A DNA stretch of 64,000 bases from Nitrospirota bacterium (GTDB taxonomy: Bacteria; Nitrospirota; UBA9217). Where the stretch lies: positions 224,001-288,000 of the forward strand of contig CAVVOB010000030.1 of the NCBI GenBank assembly GCA_963749655.1. The letters run 5' to 3'. The notes under the pieces were generated by a model. The model had not been told where the DNA came from and did not search any database. It saw nothing but the letters and a program-made list of their open reading frames with translations. The number at the start of each line of letters is the position of its first letter. The first letter of the stretch is position 1. The position numbers and the translations under genes are program-made. Shown here piece after piece: positions 49,995-60,932 of the stretch.

Positions 49995-50435
49995 ATGAGA
50001 TTAGAAGAACTGAAACCCGCAAAAGGGTCAACAAAAAAATCAAAAAGAGTCGGCAGAGGCCCCGGTTCGGGATCGGGAAAAACGTCGGCAAAGGGTCACA
50101 AAGGTCAGAAGGCCCGGTCCGGCGGTGTGAAGGGAGCCGGATTTGAAGGCGGCCAGATGCCGCTTCAACGCAGGATTCCCAAAAGAGGATTTACGAATAT
50201 TTTCCGGAAGGAATATTCCGTCGTTAATCTATCGGATCTCGACAAGGTTGCAGGTTCCGGATCCGTGACGCCTGAATTGCTCATGCAGAACGGTTTGATC
50301 AAGGACCTGAAGGCGGGCGTGAAGATACTCGGCATGGGAGAGTGTAAAACGAAATTGACCGTGCGCGCCCACAAGTTCAGTAAAAGCGCCGTTGAAAAAA
50401 TCCAGGCCGCTGGCGGCAAGGTTGAGGTGATCTAA
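49995..50435 (+). CDS. rplO: 50S ribosomal protein L15
   Basis: [15 protein letters not shown]. Confidence 0.98.
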   Translation: MRLEELKPAKGSTKKSKRVGRGPGSGSGKTSAKGHKGQKARSGGVKGAGFEGGQMPLQRRIPKRGFTNIFRKEYSVVNLSDLDKVAGSGSVTPELLMQNGLIKDLKAGVKILGMGECKTKLTVRAHKFSKSAVEKIQAAGGKVEVI

Positions 50436-50438
50436 CCC

Positions 50439-51737
50439 TTGTTCACCGGCCTGAAGAACATATTCAATATCCCCGAACTCCGAAAGCGTATTGTTTTTAC
50501 GCTCTTGATGCTTGCTGTCTATCGCATTGGTGCACACATTCCGACCCCGGGCGTCAAGGGTGAGGCGCTCAGTCAGTTCCTTCATCAGTCTGCAGCCGGT
50601 CTGATGGGATTCTTTGATATGTTTTCAGGCGGTGCGCTGTCGAGAGTAACGATTTTCGCGCTGGGGATCATGCCGTATATTACGGCGTCTATCGTACTGC
50701 AATTGCTGACCGTCGTCATTCCGCGGCTGCAGGCGCTGGCGAAAGAGGGTGAATCCGGCCGAAAGAAAATCACGGAATATACCCGTTACGGCACTGTTCT
50801 CATCGCGGGCTTCCAATCATTCTGGATGGCTGTCGGCATCGAGAAGATGGGCGATGGCGCCTTCGTCGATTCAGCAGGCTGGTCATTCCGCATTCTTACC
50901 ATGATCACGCTGACAGCAGGGACGACCTTCATCATGTGGCTCGGCGAACAGATCACTGAGCGAGGCATCGGCAACGGGATTTCTTTGATCATTTTTGCGG
51001 GCATCGTTGCAGGCTTCCCCCGTGCGGTAACCAATACCATCGGGCTGGTGAGCTCCGGAGAAATTGCCTACTTCATGATTTTCGTCATCATCGCCTTGAT
51101 CATTTCCGTTGTCGCGGCGATTATCGTGATGGAGCGCGGTCAGCGCAAAATTGCGATTCAATATGCCCAGCGGATGGTAGGAAGAAAAATTTACAAAGGT
51201 CAGAGCACGCATCTCCCGCTTAAAATAAATTCGTCCGGGGTGATACCGCCGATCTTTGCATCTTCGATTTTGCTTTTTCCCGCTACCATCGCCGGATTCG
51301 TGCAGGTGGGCTGGCTTCAGTGGGTGGCCCAGCAGCTTTCCCCGGGGAAAGCGCTTTATACTATTGTCTACGTTGTCATGATTGTCGGATTTTCTTACTT
51401 CTACACGGCAATTGTGTTCAACCCCGTGGATATTGCAGACAACTTGAAGAAATATGGCGGATTTATTCCGGGGATCAGGCCGGGCAAGAAAACCTCGGAC
51501 TATCTCTTCAAGGTGTTGAACCGAATCACGCTCGGTGGGGCCTTGTACCTTGCGGCAGTATGCGTACTTCCTGATATTTTTTATAAGTTTTTTAACGTTC
51601 CCTTTTATTTCGGTGGGACGTCGCTGCTGATCGTGATCGGCGTCGCTCTCGATACGGTTTCCCAGATAGAGTCGCATTTAATTCAGAGACACTATGGAGG
51701 TTTCCTGAAAGGCGCTTCGATCAAAGGAAGACGTTAA
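50439..51737 (+). CDS. secY: Preprotein translocase SecY
   Basis: [33 protein letters not shown]. Confidence 0.98.
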   Translation: MFTGLKNIFNIPELRKRIVFTLLMLAVYRIGAHIPTPGVKGEALSQFLHQSAAGLMGFFDMFSGGALSRVTIFALGIMPYITASIVLQLLTVVIPRLQALAKEGESGRKKITEYTRYGTVLIAGFQSFWMAVGIEKMGDGAFVDSAGWSFRILTMITLTAGTTFIMWLGEQITERGIGNGISLIIFAGIVAGFPRAVTNTIGLVSSGEIAYFMIFVIIALIISVVAAIIVMERGQRKIAIQYAQRMVGRKIYKGQSTHLPLKINSSGVIPPIFASSILLFPATIAGFVQVGWLQWVAQQLSPGKALYTIVYVVMIVGFSYFYTAIVFNPVDIADNLKKYGGFIPGIRPGKKTSDYLFKVLNRITLGGALYLAAVCVLPDIFYKFFNVPFYFGGTSLLIVIGVALDTVSQIESHLIQRHYGGFLKGASIKGRR

Positions 51738-51751
51738 ATCCTGGAGCGGCC

Positions 51752-52501
51752 ATGATCATTCTCAAGTCCCTGCAAGAGATTGAAAAAATCAGGAAAGCCT
51801 GCCTTGTGGTAGCGGACGCACTCGAAGGGGTACGCGAAGCCCTACGGGCGGGTATCAGTACTCAGGCTCTTGATGATATAGCGGAACGAATTATCATCGC
51901 AGCCCACGCGAAGCCGGCATTCAAGGGGTACCGGGGATATCCCAAGACAGTGTGCACCTCGATTAACAATGAGGTCATCCACGGGATTCCATCCAAGGAT
52001 ATTGTCGTGCGCGATGGCGACATCGTCAGCGTAGATGTGGGAGCAATTGTAGATGGATTCTATGGGGATGCTGCAGTAACCCTGCCGGTTGGAGCGGTTA
52101 CCTCAGAAGCCGAACGACTGATTAAGGTAACCGAGGAATCTCTGTATCGAGGCATTGAGCAGGCAAGACCTGGCAGCAGACTGTATGACATTTCCTATGC
52201 TGTTCAGAGCCACGTTGAGTCCCATGGCTATTCGGTTGTACGGGAATTTGTAGGACACGGAATTGGCCGAAATCTGCATGAAGACCCGCAGATTCCCAAT
52301 TTTGGATCGCATGGACAGGGACCACGGATCAAGCAAGGCATGGTATTCGCAATCGAGCCTATGGTGAACCGGGGCGGAAGCGCTACAGTCGTCAAGGAGG
52401 ATGGATGGACAGCGGTTACCGCGGATGGAAGCCTGTCAGCGCATTTTGAACACACGATAGCGGTTATGCCGGATGGACCTTGGATCCTCACGAAGAAGTA
52501 A
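51752..52501 (+). CDS. map: Methionine aminopeptidase type I
   Basis: HGIP, GHGIG..LHEDP, IEPM, SAHFEHT. Confidence 0.97.
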   Translation: MIILKSLQEIEKIRKACLVVADALEGVREALRAGISTQALDDIAERIIIAAHAKPAFKGYRGYPKTVCTSINNEVIHGIPSKDIVVRDGDIVSVDVGAIVDGFYGDAAVTLPVGAVTSEAERLIKVTEESLYRGIEQARPGSRLYDISYAVQSHVESHGYSVVREFVGHGIGRNLHEDPQIPNFGSHGQGPRIKQGMVFAIEPMVNRGGSATVVKEDGWTAVTADGSLSAHFEHTIAVMPDGPWILTKK

Positions 52502-52558
52502 TGGCGATACCTCCCGAGAGTATTGGGTTTAGGAAAGATTGACGGTACGCAAGATAAT

Positions 52559-52777
52559 ATGGCAAAAGAAGACTCCATAGAGGTTCAAGGTACGGTGCTC
52601 GAGACATTGCCCAATGCGATGTTTCGTGTGGAAATGGAAAATGGGCATAAAATTTTGGCGCACATTTCGGGGAAAATGCGGATGCACTTTATCAAGATAC
52701 TCCCCGGGGATAAGGTAACGGTTGAATTGACGCCCTATGATCTTACGCGGGGCAGGATAACGTATCGTTTTAAGTAA
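52559..52777 (+). CDS. infA: Translation initiation factor IF-1
   Basis: [27 protein letters not shown]. Confidence 0.98.
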   Translation: MAKEDSIEVQGTVLETLPNAMFRVEMENGHKILAHISGKMRMHFIKILPGDKVTVELTPYDLTRGRITYRFK

Positions 52778-52836
52778 AACAGGATGCCTTTGTGGCATTG
52801 ATGTTTATACCGCTAGAGAAATGGAAGTGTTGAGAT

Positions 52837-52950
52837 ATGAAAGTTCGCTCATCTGTTCGTAAAATATGCCCCAAGTGTACGATTATCCGCCGCAAGGGAA
52901 TTGTGAGGGTAATCTGCTCAAATGCTCGGCATAAGCAGCGTCAGGGTTAG
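52837..52950 (+). CDS. rpmJ: 50S ribosomal protein L36 (Zn form), not in ORF track
   Basis: Hand translation [37 protein letters not shown]. Confidence 0.96.
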   Translation: MKVRSSVRKICPKCTIIRRKGIVRVICSNARHKQRQG

Positions 52951-53051
52951 CAGGAAGCAGACGCAAGCGCATCGCTATTCATGAACTGTCATGTGAAACC
53001 GCTTTTGCTCGACGTGAAGCATAAGACGGTTCCGCTGACTGAGGAGGAAAC

Positions 53052-53444
53052 GTGGCACGAATTGCCGGGGTAGATCTCCCCAAAGATAAAAAAATCGAGA
53101 TTGCACTCACCTATATTTTCGGTATAGGTCCGACATCCGCAAAAAAAATTCTTGCAGAAGCCGGCATAGATCCGAATATGAAAAGCAGCAATCTGGCAGA
53201 GTCGGATATCGTTAAGATACGAACCATTCTCGATCGAGACTTTACCGTTGAGGGCGATCTTCGAAGAAATGTTACGATGCACATCAAACGGTTGATGGAT
53301 ATCGGAAGCTACCGTGGCCTCAGGCACCGCAAAGGATTGCCTGCACGAGGCCAGCGGACGAAGACAAATGCAAGGACGCGGAAAGGTCCTAAAAAGTCCG
53401 CCATGTCAGGCAAGGGCAAGAAAAAAGGGATGGCTAAGAAGTAA
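53052..53444 (+). CDS. rpsM: 30S ribosomal protein S13
   Basis: [24 protein letters not shown]. Confidence 0.98.
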   Translation: MARIAGVDLPKDKKIEIALTYIFGIGPTSAKKILAEAGIDPNMKSSNLAESDIVKIRTILDRDFTVEGDLRRNVTMHIKRLMDIGSYRGLRHRKGLPARGQRTKTNARTRKGPKKSAMSGKGKKKGMAKK

Positions 53445-53509
53445 AACGCAGGTGGCGACGCTGGTGGCCGGCATGAACCGGGACTCTGCGTCTTGAATGA
53501 GGAGGAAAG

Positions 53510-53884
53510 ATGGCCAAGAAGGGCAAGGAAAAAAAGAATGTGGCCAATGGAATTGCGCACATCCACGCGTCGTTCAATAACACTATTGTGACGATCACCG
53601 ATACCGCAGGCAATGTCATCACGTGGTCGAGTTCCGGGAATAAGGGCTTCAAGGGTTCGCGTAAAAGTACGCCCTTTGCCTCTCAGCTGGCCGCGGAAAC
53701 AGCCGCGAAAAAGGCCATGGAGCACGGCATGAGGCAGGTAGAGGTTTATGTTAAAGGTCCGGGAACAGGAAGAGAGTCGGCTATTCGGTCGATACAGGCT
53801 GCCGGGCTTGAAATCGTGGCAATCAAGGATGTCACGCCGATTCCGCACAATGGATGCAGGCCGCCAAAGCGGAGACGGGTATAG
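53510..53884 (+). CDS. rpsK: 30S ribosomal protein S11
   Basis: [18 protein letters not shown]. Confidence 0.98.
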   Translation: MAKKGKEKKNVANGIAHIHASFNNTIVTITDTAGNVITWSSSGNKGFKGSRKSTPFASQLAAETAAKKAMEHGMRQVEVYVKGPGTGRESAIRSIQAAGLEIVAIKDVTPIPHNGCRPPKRRRV

Positions 53885-53917
53885 TTTCGGCACAGGGCTA
53901 ACACAGGAGGAGTACAC

Positions 53918-54547
53918 GTGGCACGGTATATTGGATCAGTTTGTAAACTCTGCAGAAGAGAGGGAATGAAGCTTTTTCTGAAAGCGGAGCGCTGTTATAC
54001 TGACAAGTGCGGGATAACGCGGAGAAGCTATCCGCCGGGACAACACGGGCAGGCGAGGATCAAGCAGTCGGAATACAGCCTGCAGTTGCGTGAAAAACAG
54101 AAAATCCGTAGAGTCTATGGGGTGCTGGAGCGTCAATTCCGGAGCTGTTTTGAAAAAGCGGAACGGATGAAGGGCGTCACCGGTGACAATCTGCTTCAGC
54201 TTTTGGAGCGCAGACTCGATAACGTGGTCCAGCGCATGGGGTTTGCCGGCGCGAAAAAAGAAGCACGGCAGTTTGTTCGTCACGGCCACATTCTGGTAAA
54301 CGGCAAGAAGGTCAACATTCCATCCTATCTCCTCAAAGCCGGCGATGTTGTGGAGTTGCGGGAAAAGAGCAGGGGCATTGTCCAGATTCAGCAGACGCTC
54401 GCCGCTGTTGAGAAGCGAGGATTTCCGTCATGGCTGGAGATTGACAAGACCCAATTCAGGGGGAAAGTACTCTCATTGCCTGCTCGGGACGAGTGCACGT
54501 TGCCGACCGTGAAAGAGCAGCTTGTCGTCGAGCTCTACTCGAAGTAA
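53918..54547 (+). CDS. rpsD: 30S ribosomal protein S4
   Basis: [22 protein letters not shown]. Confidence 0.98.
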   Translation: MARYIGSVCKLCRREGMKLFLKAERCYTDKCGITRRSYPPGQHGQARIKQSEYSLQLREKQKIRRVYGVLERQFRSCFEKAERMKGVTGDNLLQLLERRLDNVVQRMGFAGAKKEARQFVRHGHILVNGKKVNIPSYLLKAGDVVELREKSRGIVQIQQTLAAVEKRGFPSWLEIDKTQFRGKVLSLPARDECTLPTVKEQLVVELYSK

Positions 54548-54657
54548 TATCATCGGATCAGGTAATGTACCGCCGCCGAGGACTGCGTGGGCGCCCCTCA
54601 CCTGGGGTGCTCCTTGGTCTTTATTAATAAGTTTTTTCGCTCCGTTCTGGAGGACCC

Positions 54658-55680
54658 ATGCTCAAGAAAGCCAAAGATTTCCAGATGCCCAAGAAGCTTC
54701 AATACGATTCAAAAAAAATAAGCGACACATACGGGAAGTTCACGGCTGAGCCTTTGGAGCGCGGTTTTGGAACTACGTTGGGCAATTCCTTGCGTCGAGT
54801 TCTGTTATCCTCTTTGGAAGGATCAGCAATTACGTCCCTGAAAATTTCGGGAGTGCAGCACGAGTTCTCAAGCATACCGGGAGTTATCGAGGATACAACG
54901 GACCTGATTCTCAACCTCAAGGAAGTCAGGCTCAAACTGCATACGGACAAGCCTAAAACCTTATATCTCAGAGCCAAAGGTCCGGGCGAGGTCCTGGCTA
55001 AGGACATCGAGTCCGATGCGGAAGTGGAAATCCTGAACCCCGAGCTCCATCTTGCCACAATCGACAAAAACGGCAAGCTTGAACTGGAAATGCGCGCTCG
55101 TCGAGGCAGAGGGTATGTATCCTCTGATAAAAACAAGGAGCCCGGCCAGGCGATTGGTGTCATTCCCATCGACTCGATCTTTTCTCCGATCAGGAAAGTG
55201 AATTTCAAGGTCGAGAATGCTCGCGTAGGGCAGGATACGGACTACGATAAGCTCGTCCTTGAAGTGTGGACCGACGGCAGTATTAAGCCTGATGACGCTG
55301 TTGCCCATGCGTCCAAGCTGCTGAAGGACCACTTGTCTATTTTCATACACTTGCCGGAGGAAGAAGAGGACGTTCCCGTCACGGAGGAAGAGATCAAGAA
55401 GGTGCCTGCGTTCAACGAGAACCTGCTTCGAAGTGTGAACGAGCTTGAACTTTCCGTTCGTGCGGCCAACTGTCTTAAAAATGCGGGAATAGAAACCATT
55501 GCCGAGATGGTTCAGAAAACCGAGAGCGAAATGCTGAAAACGAAAAATTTCGGAAGAAAATCCCTGAATGAAATAAAGGAAATTCTTTCGGAAATGGGCC
55601 TTTCACTCGGCATGAAAGTCGACGATAAAATCGTGGCGGAAGCCAGGCGTCTTCTGGCAGAAAAACCGAGCGAAGCGTAA
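54658..55680 (+). CDS. rpoA: RNA polymerase alpha subunit
   Basis: EPLERGFGTTLGNSLRR, ELSVRAANCL, NFGRKSL. Confidence 0.98.
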   Translation: MLKKAKDFQMPKKLQYDSKKISDTYGKFTAEPLERGFGTTLGNSLRRVLLSSLEGSAITSLKISGVQHEFSSIPGVIEDTTDLILNLKEVRLKLHTDKPKTLYLRAKGPGEVLAKDIESDAEVEILNPELHLATIDKNGKLELEMRARRGRGYVSSDKNKEPGQAIGVIPIDSIFSPIRKVNFKVENARVGQDTDYDKLVLEVWTDGSIKPDDAVAHASKLLKDHLSIFIHLPEEEEDVPVTEEEIKKVPAFNENLLRSVNELELSVRAANCLKNAGIETIAEMVQKTESEMLKTKNFGRKSLNEIKEILSEMGLSLGMKVDDKIVAEARRLLAEKPSEA

Positions 55681-55713
55681 CACTAATTAATACAGGTTGG
55701 TAAGGAAAATACT

Positions 55714-56124
55714 ATGAGACATGGATGCGCAGGCAGACAATTTGGCAGAAACACGGGTCACCGGAAAGCCCTCCTGAAGATGCTCGTGACAGCGCTGCTG
55801 AAGAACGAAAAAATCGAGACGACAACGGCCAAAGCAAAGGAAATTCGTCCTTTGGCGGAAAAAATGATCACGCTGGGCAAGAGGGGCGATCTGCATGCGA
55901 GACGTTTGGCGCAGAGTTTCATTCAGGACGAGTCTGTCGTGAGCAGCCTTTTTTCTAAAATTGCCCCGAGGTTTGCTTCCCGGCAGGGAGGGTATACAAG
56001 GATCACTCCGACTCGAAACCGCCCCGGTGATGCGGCCCCGATGGCAGTGATCGAGCTGGTCGAGCGCGAGCAGCCGTCGTCAAGCGGCGCCAAAAAATCC
56101 GCGGAAAAAACAACGGCAGCCTGA
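55714..56124 (+). CDS. rplQ: 50S ribosomal protein L17
   Basis: [23 protein letters not shown]. Confidence 0.98.
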   Translation: MRHGCAGRQFGRNTGHRKALLKMLVTALLKNEKIETTTAKAKEIRPLAEKMITLGKRGDLHARRLAQSFIQDESVVSSLFSKIAPRFASRQGGYTRITPTRNRPGDAAPMAVIELVEREQPSSSGAKKSAEKTTAA

Positions 56125-56235
56125 TTGCGGTAAGTCCCCAATTTTCAACCGATGGCTAAATCGTCTGTTCGATCAAGCGGCATAGGCATACGATCTCTGC
56201 ACTTATAGTCGCCGGAATTTCATACAACTGAGCTC

Positions 56236-56266
56236 AAAGGCAAGGGTATTAACCCTTGCCTTTTTT
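56236..56266 (+). terminator. Terminator ending the ribosomal supercluster
   Basis: AAAGGCAAGGGT-ATTA-ACCCTTGCCTTT plus T-run. Confidence 0.9.
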
Positions 56267-56273
56267 ATTTGCA

Positions 56274-56302
56274 TTTACACAAAATTGCTTTTGTGTTAAA
56301 AT
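56274..56302 (+). promoter_or_regulatory. Putative sigma70 promoter of the signalling operon with overlapping palindrome
   Basis: TTTACA-17-TAAAAT; ACACAAAA-TTGC-TTTTGTGT inverted repeat at 56277-56296. Confidence 0.6.
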
Positions 56303-56331
56303 GCCATTCGCGTCGCTGTCAGCGGAGAACC

Positions 56332-58435
56332 ATGGCAGAGGAAATAAGCATAGTCTCGCCTTTCATGTCGCGGGTGCGACGAGCAGCTTCCCGGTGGTGG
56401 GGCGGAATCGGGTGCCGCGTTTCTTTTTTCATGATGGTCGCGCTCATTCTTGTCGCGGCGCTTGTAGGCTCCTTTTTTTTCTGGGAAGAAAAGAAGAACC
56501 TTGATACCGAGATTCGAGGCAGAGCACTGTACGTGGCGCGTGAACTTGCAGCGCTGGCCGCAGACGACATCGTAACCGGCAACCGGTCCGAACTCTATAA
56601 GAAAATTTCCTCCTCCCTTTGTCGCCCACGAAGATTCCCCAGCCGGACGAACCCTCCTTTACTTGATGATTTATGACCGCGATTGTGAGCTCCTGATCGG
56701 AAGTACCGCGAACGAAGTCTTTTTCAACAGCGGTTCATATTTTTACACGCTCCCGTCAGAAAAGAGCGCGGTCCGTGATGAGGTCCAGCTGAAGTGCGAT
56801 CTTGAACAGTTGAACGAACCTTTCTTTACCGTTAAGAAGAATAATGTCTATGACCTGATTCTGCCGATTGCCGATGGAAAGATTACGGTGGGTTATGTGC
56901 GGGTCGGCATTTCAGGACAGCGGTTCGAGCAGCGATTCTCCGCTATCATGAAAAGAGCGGCTGTCGCGCTATTCGGCATCCTGCTCGTGGGGATGGCGTT
57001 CAGTCAGATCATCGCGCACGGCATAACAAAGCCGATCCAGCAGTTGAGCGATGCCGCAGAGAAGCTCAGCCAGCAGAATTGGGACGCACCGCTTCCTGTC
57101 AAAGGAGACGATGAACTGAGCAAGCTGGGGCACACTTTTAACCAAATGGCTCAGACGCTGAAGCAGCGGGAAGCAAGCCTTTCGAGGGGAAACCGGGACC
57201 TGTTCATTCTGCATACCACCGGTTTGGACCTCATGGAGAGCCTGGATCGGAACGCTCTTATCATTAAGGTGGCTGCACGAGTTGAAGATCTTGTGCGTGC
57301 GGATACGACAGCACTGTCTGTTGTGGATTCATCGGACCGGGTACTTACTTATTTGGGCGTGTACGGGCACAGGGCTAGAGTTCTGAAGGAGCGGGAACTC
57401 CCGATCGAGGCCGGCGGCATCTACAATTGGCTTGCGAGTTACGGAACCCCGCTTTTGATTTCGGACGCACAATCCGATTTTCGCCTCGACGGAGATTTGA
57501 TGCGCTCGCTCGGGGTGAGAAGCCTCATGGCTGTACCGCTGTGGTCGTCAAACACGATGATCGGGCTGCTCACGGCAGTGAATAAGAATGGCGGAGCTTG
57601 CTTTGACAAGCATGATCTAAGACTGTTCACGGTTTTCTCCAACCTCGTGTCAGCGGCACTGCAGAATGCGTCGCTCTATAACGACCTGAAGAACAAAATG
57701 GATGAGCTGAAGACAGCCCAGGAACAGCTTGTACGGTCTACCAAGATGGCGGCCATCGGAGAGCTGTCGGCCAATGTCGCACACGAGATAAATAATCCGC
57801 TGACGAGTGTCCTCGGGTATACAACGCACTTGTTGAAAACACTGGAGATGCCTGAACCGTCGAGAAAGATACTCGGGATGATGGAGCAGGAGACGCTCAG
57901 GGTCCGAAAAATAATCAGAAACCTTCTTGATTTCGCCCGTCAGCGGCCGGCATGGATGCGGCCCGAGGATGTGTCGATACCGCTTCGGGAAACGGTCGCT
58001 CTTTTCCAGGGAATCGCTCGCGATACATCCGTTGTCATTCGTGAAGATTATCAGCCTGGGCCGATTCTCGTAAATATGGATCATAATGAAATTAAGCAGG
58101 TCTTCATCAACATCGTCAATAACGCTCTCCAGGCCATGGAGGAGGGAGGGGAATTGAACATCCGCATGTACGGCCTGGACGAGAGCAATATTGTGATTGA
58201 GTTCCGGGATACCGGCACCGGCATCGAGCCGAAGCATCTCCATAGGATCTTTGAACCATTCTTTTCCACAAAAAACAACGGCGACGGAACGGGACTGGGG
58301 CTGTCCATCAGTTATCGCATTGTGCAGCATCATGGAGGGAGAATCGAGACGGAAAGCGTACCCGGGCACGGCACCACGTTCAAGGTTGTTCTTCCCCGGC
58401 ATCGTCACGTCTCGACAGCAGAGCAGTCACTATGA
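56332..58435 (+). CDS. Membrane sensor histidine kinase (TM-periplasmic-TM-HAMP-GAF-HisKA-HATPase), frameshift at ~56600-56660
   Basis: ORFs 56269 and 56663 join by a +1 shift. HAMP KPIQQL..DELSKLGHTFNQM, GAF LMAVPL..IGLLTAVN..FDKHDLRL, H-box AHEINNPL, N/G1/F/G2 boxes. Confidence 0.9.
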
Positions 58436-58451
58436 GCGAGGCGAGGGAAAT

Positions 58452-59375
58452 ATGAAGCGGATCAACTTCATGATTGCGGTCATCATGGTTCTGTCAATGT
58501 CACTGGGCTCCTGCCAGAAGGACAAAACTGATAGCAGGGATGACAAAAAAGTACAGGCTCAGCAGGAGCTGCTGATCGGACTGATTCCCGAGCAGAATGT
58601 GTTCCGGCAACGCGAACGCTACATGGCCTTGCGGAAGTATCTGACCGACAGGCTCGGCATCACCGTGAATTTTACGAGTCTCAGCAGGTACGGGAACATT
58701 CTCGAGCGTTTCACAACAGAAAAAATGGATGGAGCCTTTTTTGGCAGTTTTACCTTTGGCTTGGCCTACAGCCAGATAGGCGTTGAGCCGGTCGCAAGGC
58801 CGGTGAATCTTGACGGCACCTCCACCTACCACGGATACCTGTTTGTTCGAAAAGACAGCGGTATCCGCAGTGCAGCGGATATGCGCGGCAAACGCTTCGT
58901 GTTCGTCGATCGGGCGACGACAGCAGGCTATCTGTTTCCCCTCGCCTGGTTCAGGGAGAAAGGGGTTGCAGATCTGCGAAGCTATCTGGGAGAAACGTTC
59001 TTTGCCGGGAGTCATGACGCAGCCATTCTGGCTGTGTTGAACAGGGAAGCCGATATCGGTGCGGCAAAAAATACGATTTACGATCAGCTGGCATCGGAGA
59101 ACCCCCGTCTCAACAACGAACTGGCTATTCTGGCGACGTCCGGAGTTGTCCCTCAAAACTGTCTCGCAGTTCGCAAGAACCTCGATCCGGAGGTGAAAAG
59201 CGCCCTGAAAAAGGTCCTTGTGGAAATGGATCGGGACCGGGAAGGTGTGGAAGTACTGCGTCGGTTTGGTGCACGGGGTTTCGTCGAAACAAACAACACC
59301 GACTTCGCTTATCTGTATAAACTGACGTCGGAAGTCGGAATCGATCTGAAAACGTACCGGTACAGAAACGAATGA
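58452..59375 (+). CDS. PhnD/PtxB-like periplasmic binding lipoprotein without adjacent transporter
   Basis: Lipobox SLGSC; GLIPEQN, TYHGYLFVRKDSGI, FVFVDRATTAGYLFP, GSHDA. Confidence 0.85.
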   Translation: MKRINFMIAVIMVLSMSLGSCQKDKTDSRDDKKVQAQQELLIGLIPEQNVFRQRERYMALRKYLTDRLGITVNFTSLSRYGNILERFTTEKMDGAFFGSFTFGLAYSQIGVEPVARPVNLDGTSTYHGYLFVRKDSGIRSAADMRGKRFVFVDRATTAGYLFPLAWFREKGVADLRSYLGETFFAGSHDAAILAVLNREADIGAAKNTIYDQLASENPRLNNELAILATSGVVPQNCLAVRKNLDPEVKSALKKVLVEMDRDREGVEVLRRFGARGFVETNNTDFAYLYKLTSEVGIDLKTYRYRNE

Positions 59376-59388
59376 CGGGAACCTCTCG

Positions 59389-60828
59389 ATGAAGAAAAAA
59401 ATCCTGATGGGCTTCGGGCTGCTTCTCGCCATATTTCTCGGCGGAAGTATCATCGCCGTGATTTACATAACGAAGACGTCACAACGCATGGACAAGCTGA
59501 TCATGCTTCACCAGGTGGAAATTCTGCGCGAGGATCTGATCATTCATGTACAGCAGGTCCAGGCCCATATCTACCGGAGCAAGATCAGAAACGGCGGGGA
59601 TGCGGACGTGCTGATCGCACAGGTGCAGGAGATGGATCGCGTCATGGACTCCTGCGTGGGATGTCACCATTCTCCGGAACTGGCGCAGGGGCTGCTCGGC
59701 ATGCAAGACATGGCGAATGATTATAAGGGTGCGATCAGCCGGCTTCTCACGGCATCGGCGAATCCCCAGCGGATACTGGCGCTCGAACGTCGCGCACAGG
59801 ATCTGGGACAGGAGCTGATAACCATGACGCAGGGCATGGCCTTTACTGCCAATATGCGTCTTCAGCAGAAGACCCAGGAAACCATGGCCACCATCCGGGA
59901 AGTTCGTACAACGCTGTACGTCACTCTTCTGCTGGGGTTTGTGCTGGCGGTTCTTATCGCCTATTTCCTGGCAAGAAGCCTGGATCAACGCTTGAAAAAG
60001 CTCATGGAGGCAACCCGACGGATTGCCCGTGGCGAGCTGCAGCATCGGGTCGACATCGATGACAGCCCGGGAGGAGAGTTCGCTGAGCTGGCTGCATCGT
60101 TCAATACGATGACGCAAAACCTGCACCTTTCCCAGCGGCAGCTCGTGCAGAGCGCCAAACTGGCTGCAATAGGCGAACTTGCCACCAATGTCGCCTATGA
60201 AGTCAACAGCCCGCTGACCGGCATATTGGGGTACGCCGGTCTTTTGCTCAAGGCGGATGATATCCCTGATGAAAAGAAGGAACAATTGAGAACGATCGAG
60301 CGGGAAACCCTGAAGGCGAGGGAAACCCTGAAGCACCTGCTGGATTTTTCCCGAAGAAAACCCCCGCGGCTCGTTAACACTAATCTTTCAGCCCTCATCC
60401 AGGACGTTCTCGTCCTGGTCCGGGGACAGGCAAGAATGGGCAGCGTCGAGATCGTGCAGGACTGTTCGATCGGCCTGACGCAGATTGCCATTGACCCCGA
60501 TGAAATGAAACAGGTATTCGTGAATTTGATCAACAATGCTTTTTTTGCCATGCCGAAGGGAGGAAGGCTCTCAATCCGGTGCAGACAGGAGAGGGACCGG
60601 CTGGCCAAGGATGTCGTTGTCGTAGAGGTGACCGATACGGGTAATGGAATTCCGGAAGATCATATGGACAAGATATTTGATCCTTTTTTTACAACGCGCG
60701 CCGACAGCGGGGGAACGGGATTGGGGCTGTCGATAAGCTATATGATTGTCCAGAACCATGGTGGACGAATCGATGTGGAAAGCAAGTTAGGCCAGGGCTC
60801 GACGTTTCGGGTCATACTGCCGGTTTAA
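59389..60828 (+). CDS. Membrane sensor with periplasmic CxxCH and HAMP; kinase-like core with His->Tyr H-box
   Basis: Two TMs flanking CVGCH (codons 89-93); HAMP; H-box AYEVNSPL (TAT at 60196-60198); intact N, G1 (DTGNGI), F and G2 (GTGLGL) boxes. Confidence 0.88.
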   Translation: MKKKILMGFGLLLAIFLGGSIIAVIYITKTSQRMDKLIMLHQVEILREDLIIHVQQVQAHIYRSKIRNGGDADVLIAQVQEMDRVMDSCVGCHHSPELAQGLLGMQDMANDYKGAISRLLTASANPQRILALERRAQDLGQELITMTQGMAFTANMRLQQKTQETMATIREVRTTLYVTLLLGFVLAVLIAYFLARSLDQRLKKLMEATRRIARGELQHRVDIDDSPGGEFAELAASFNTMTQNLHLSQRQLVQSAKLAAIGELATNVAYEVNSPLTGILGYAGLLLKADDIPDEKKEQLRTIERETLKARETLKHLLDFSRRKPPRLVNTNLSALIQDVLVLVRGQARMGSVEIVQDCSIGLTQIAIDPDEMKQVFVNLINNAFFAMPKGGRLSIRCRQERDRLAKDVVVVEVTDTGNGIPEDHMDKIFDPFFTTRADSGGTGLGLSISYMIVQNHGGRIDVESKLGQGSTFRVILPV

Positions 60829-60932
60829 TGGACGGTCGCGCAAAAGGGCAGGGAAGAGTGCCGTTGTACGCTTTTTCAGGTGCATCCCTTCCCCCTGTCC
60901 GATCTTCGGGACCAGGATGAGGAGCTGAGAAG

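Noticed and set aside
58197-58451. 85-aa N-terminal extension of the PhnD-like ORF
   Set aside because: Overlaps the upstream kinase; the lipoprotein signal peptide begins at ATG 58452.
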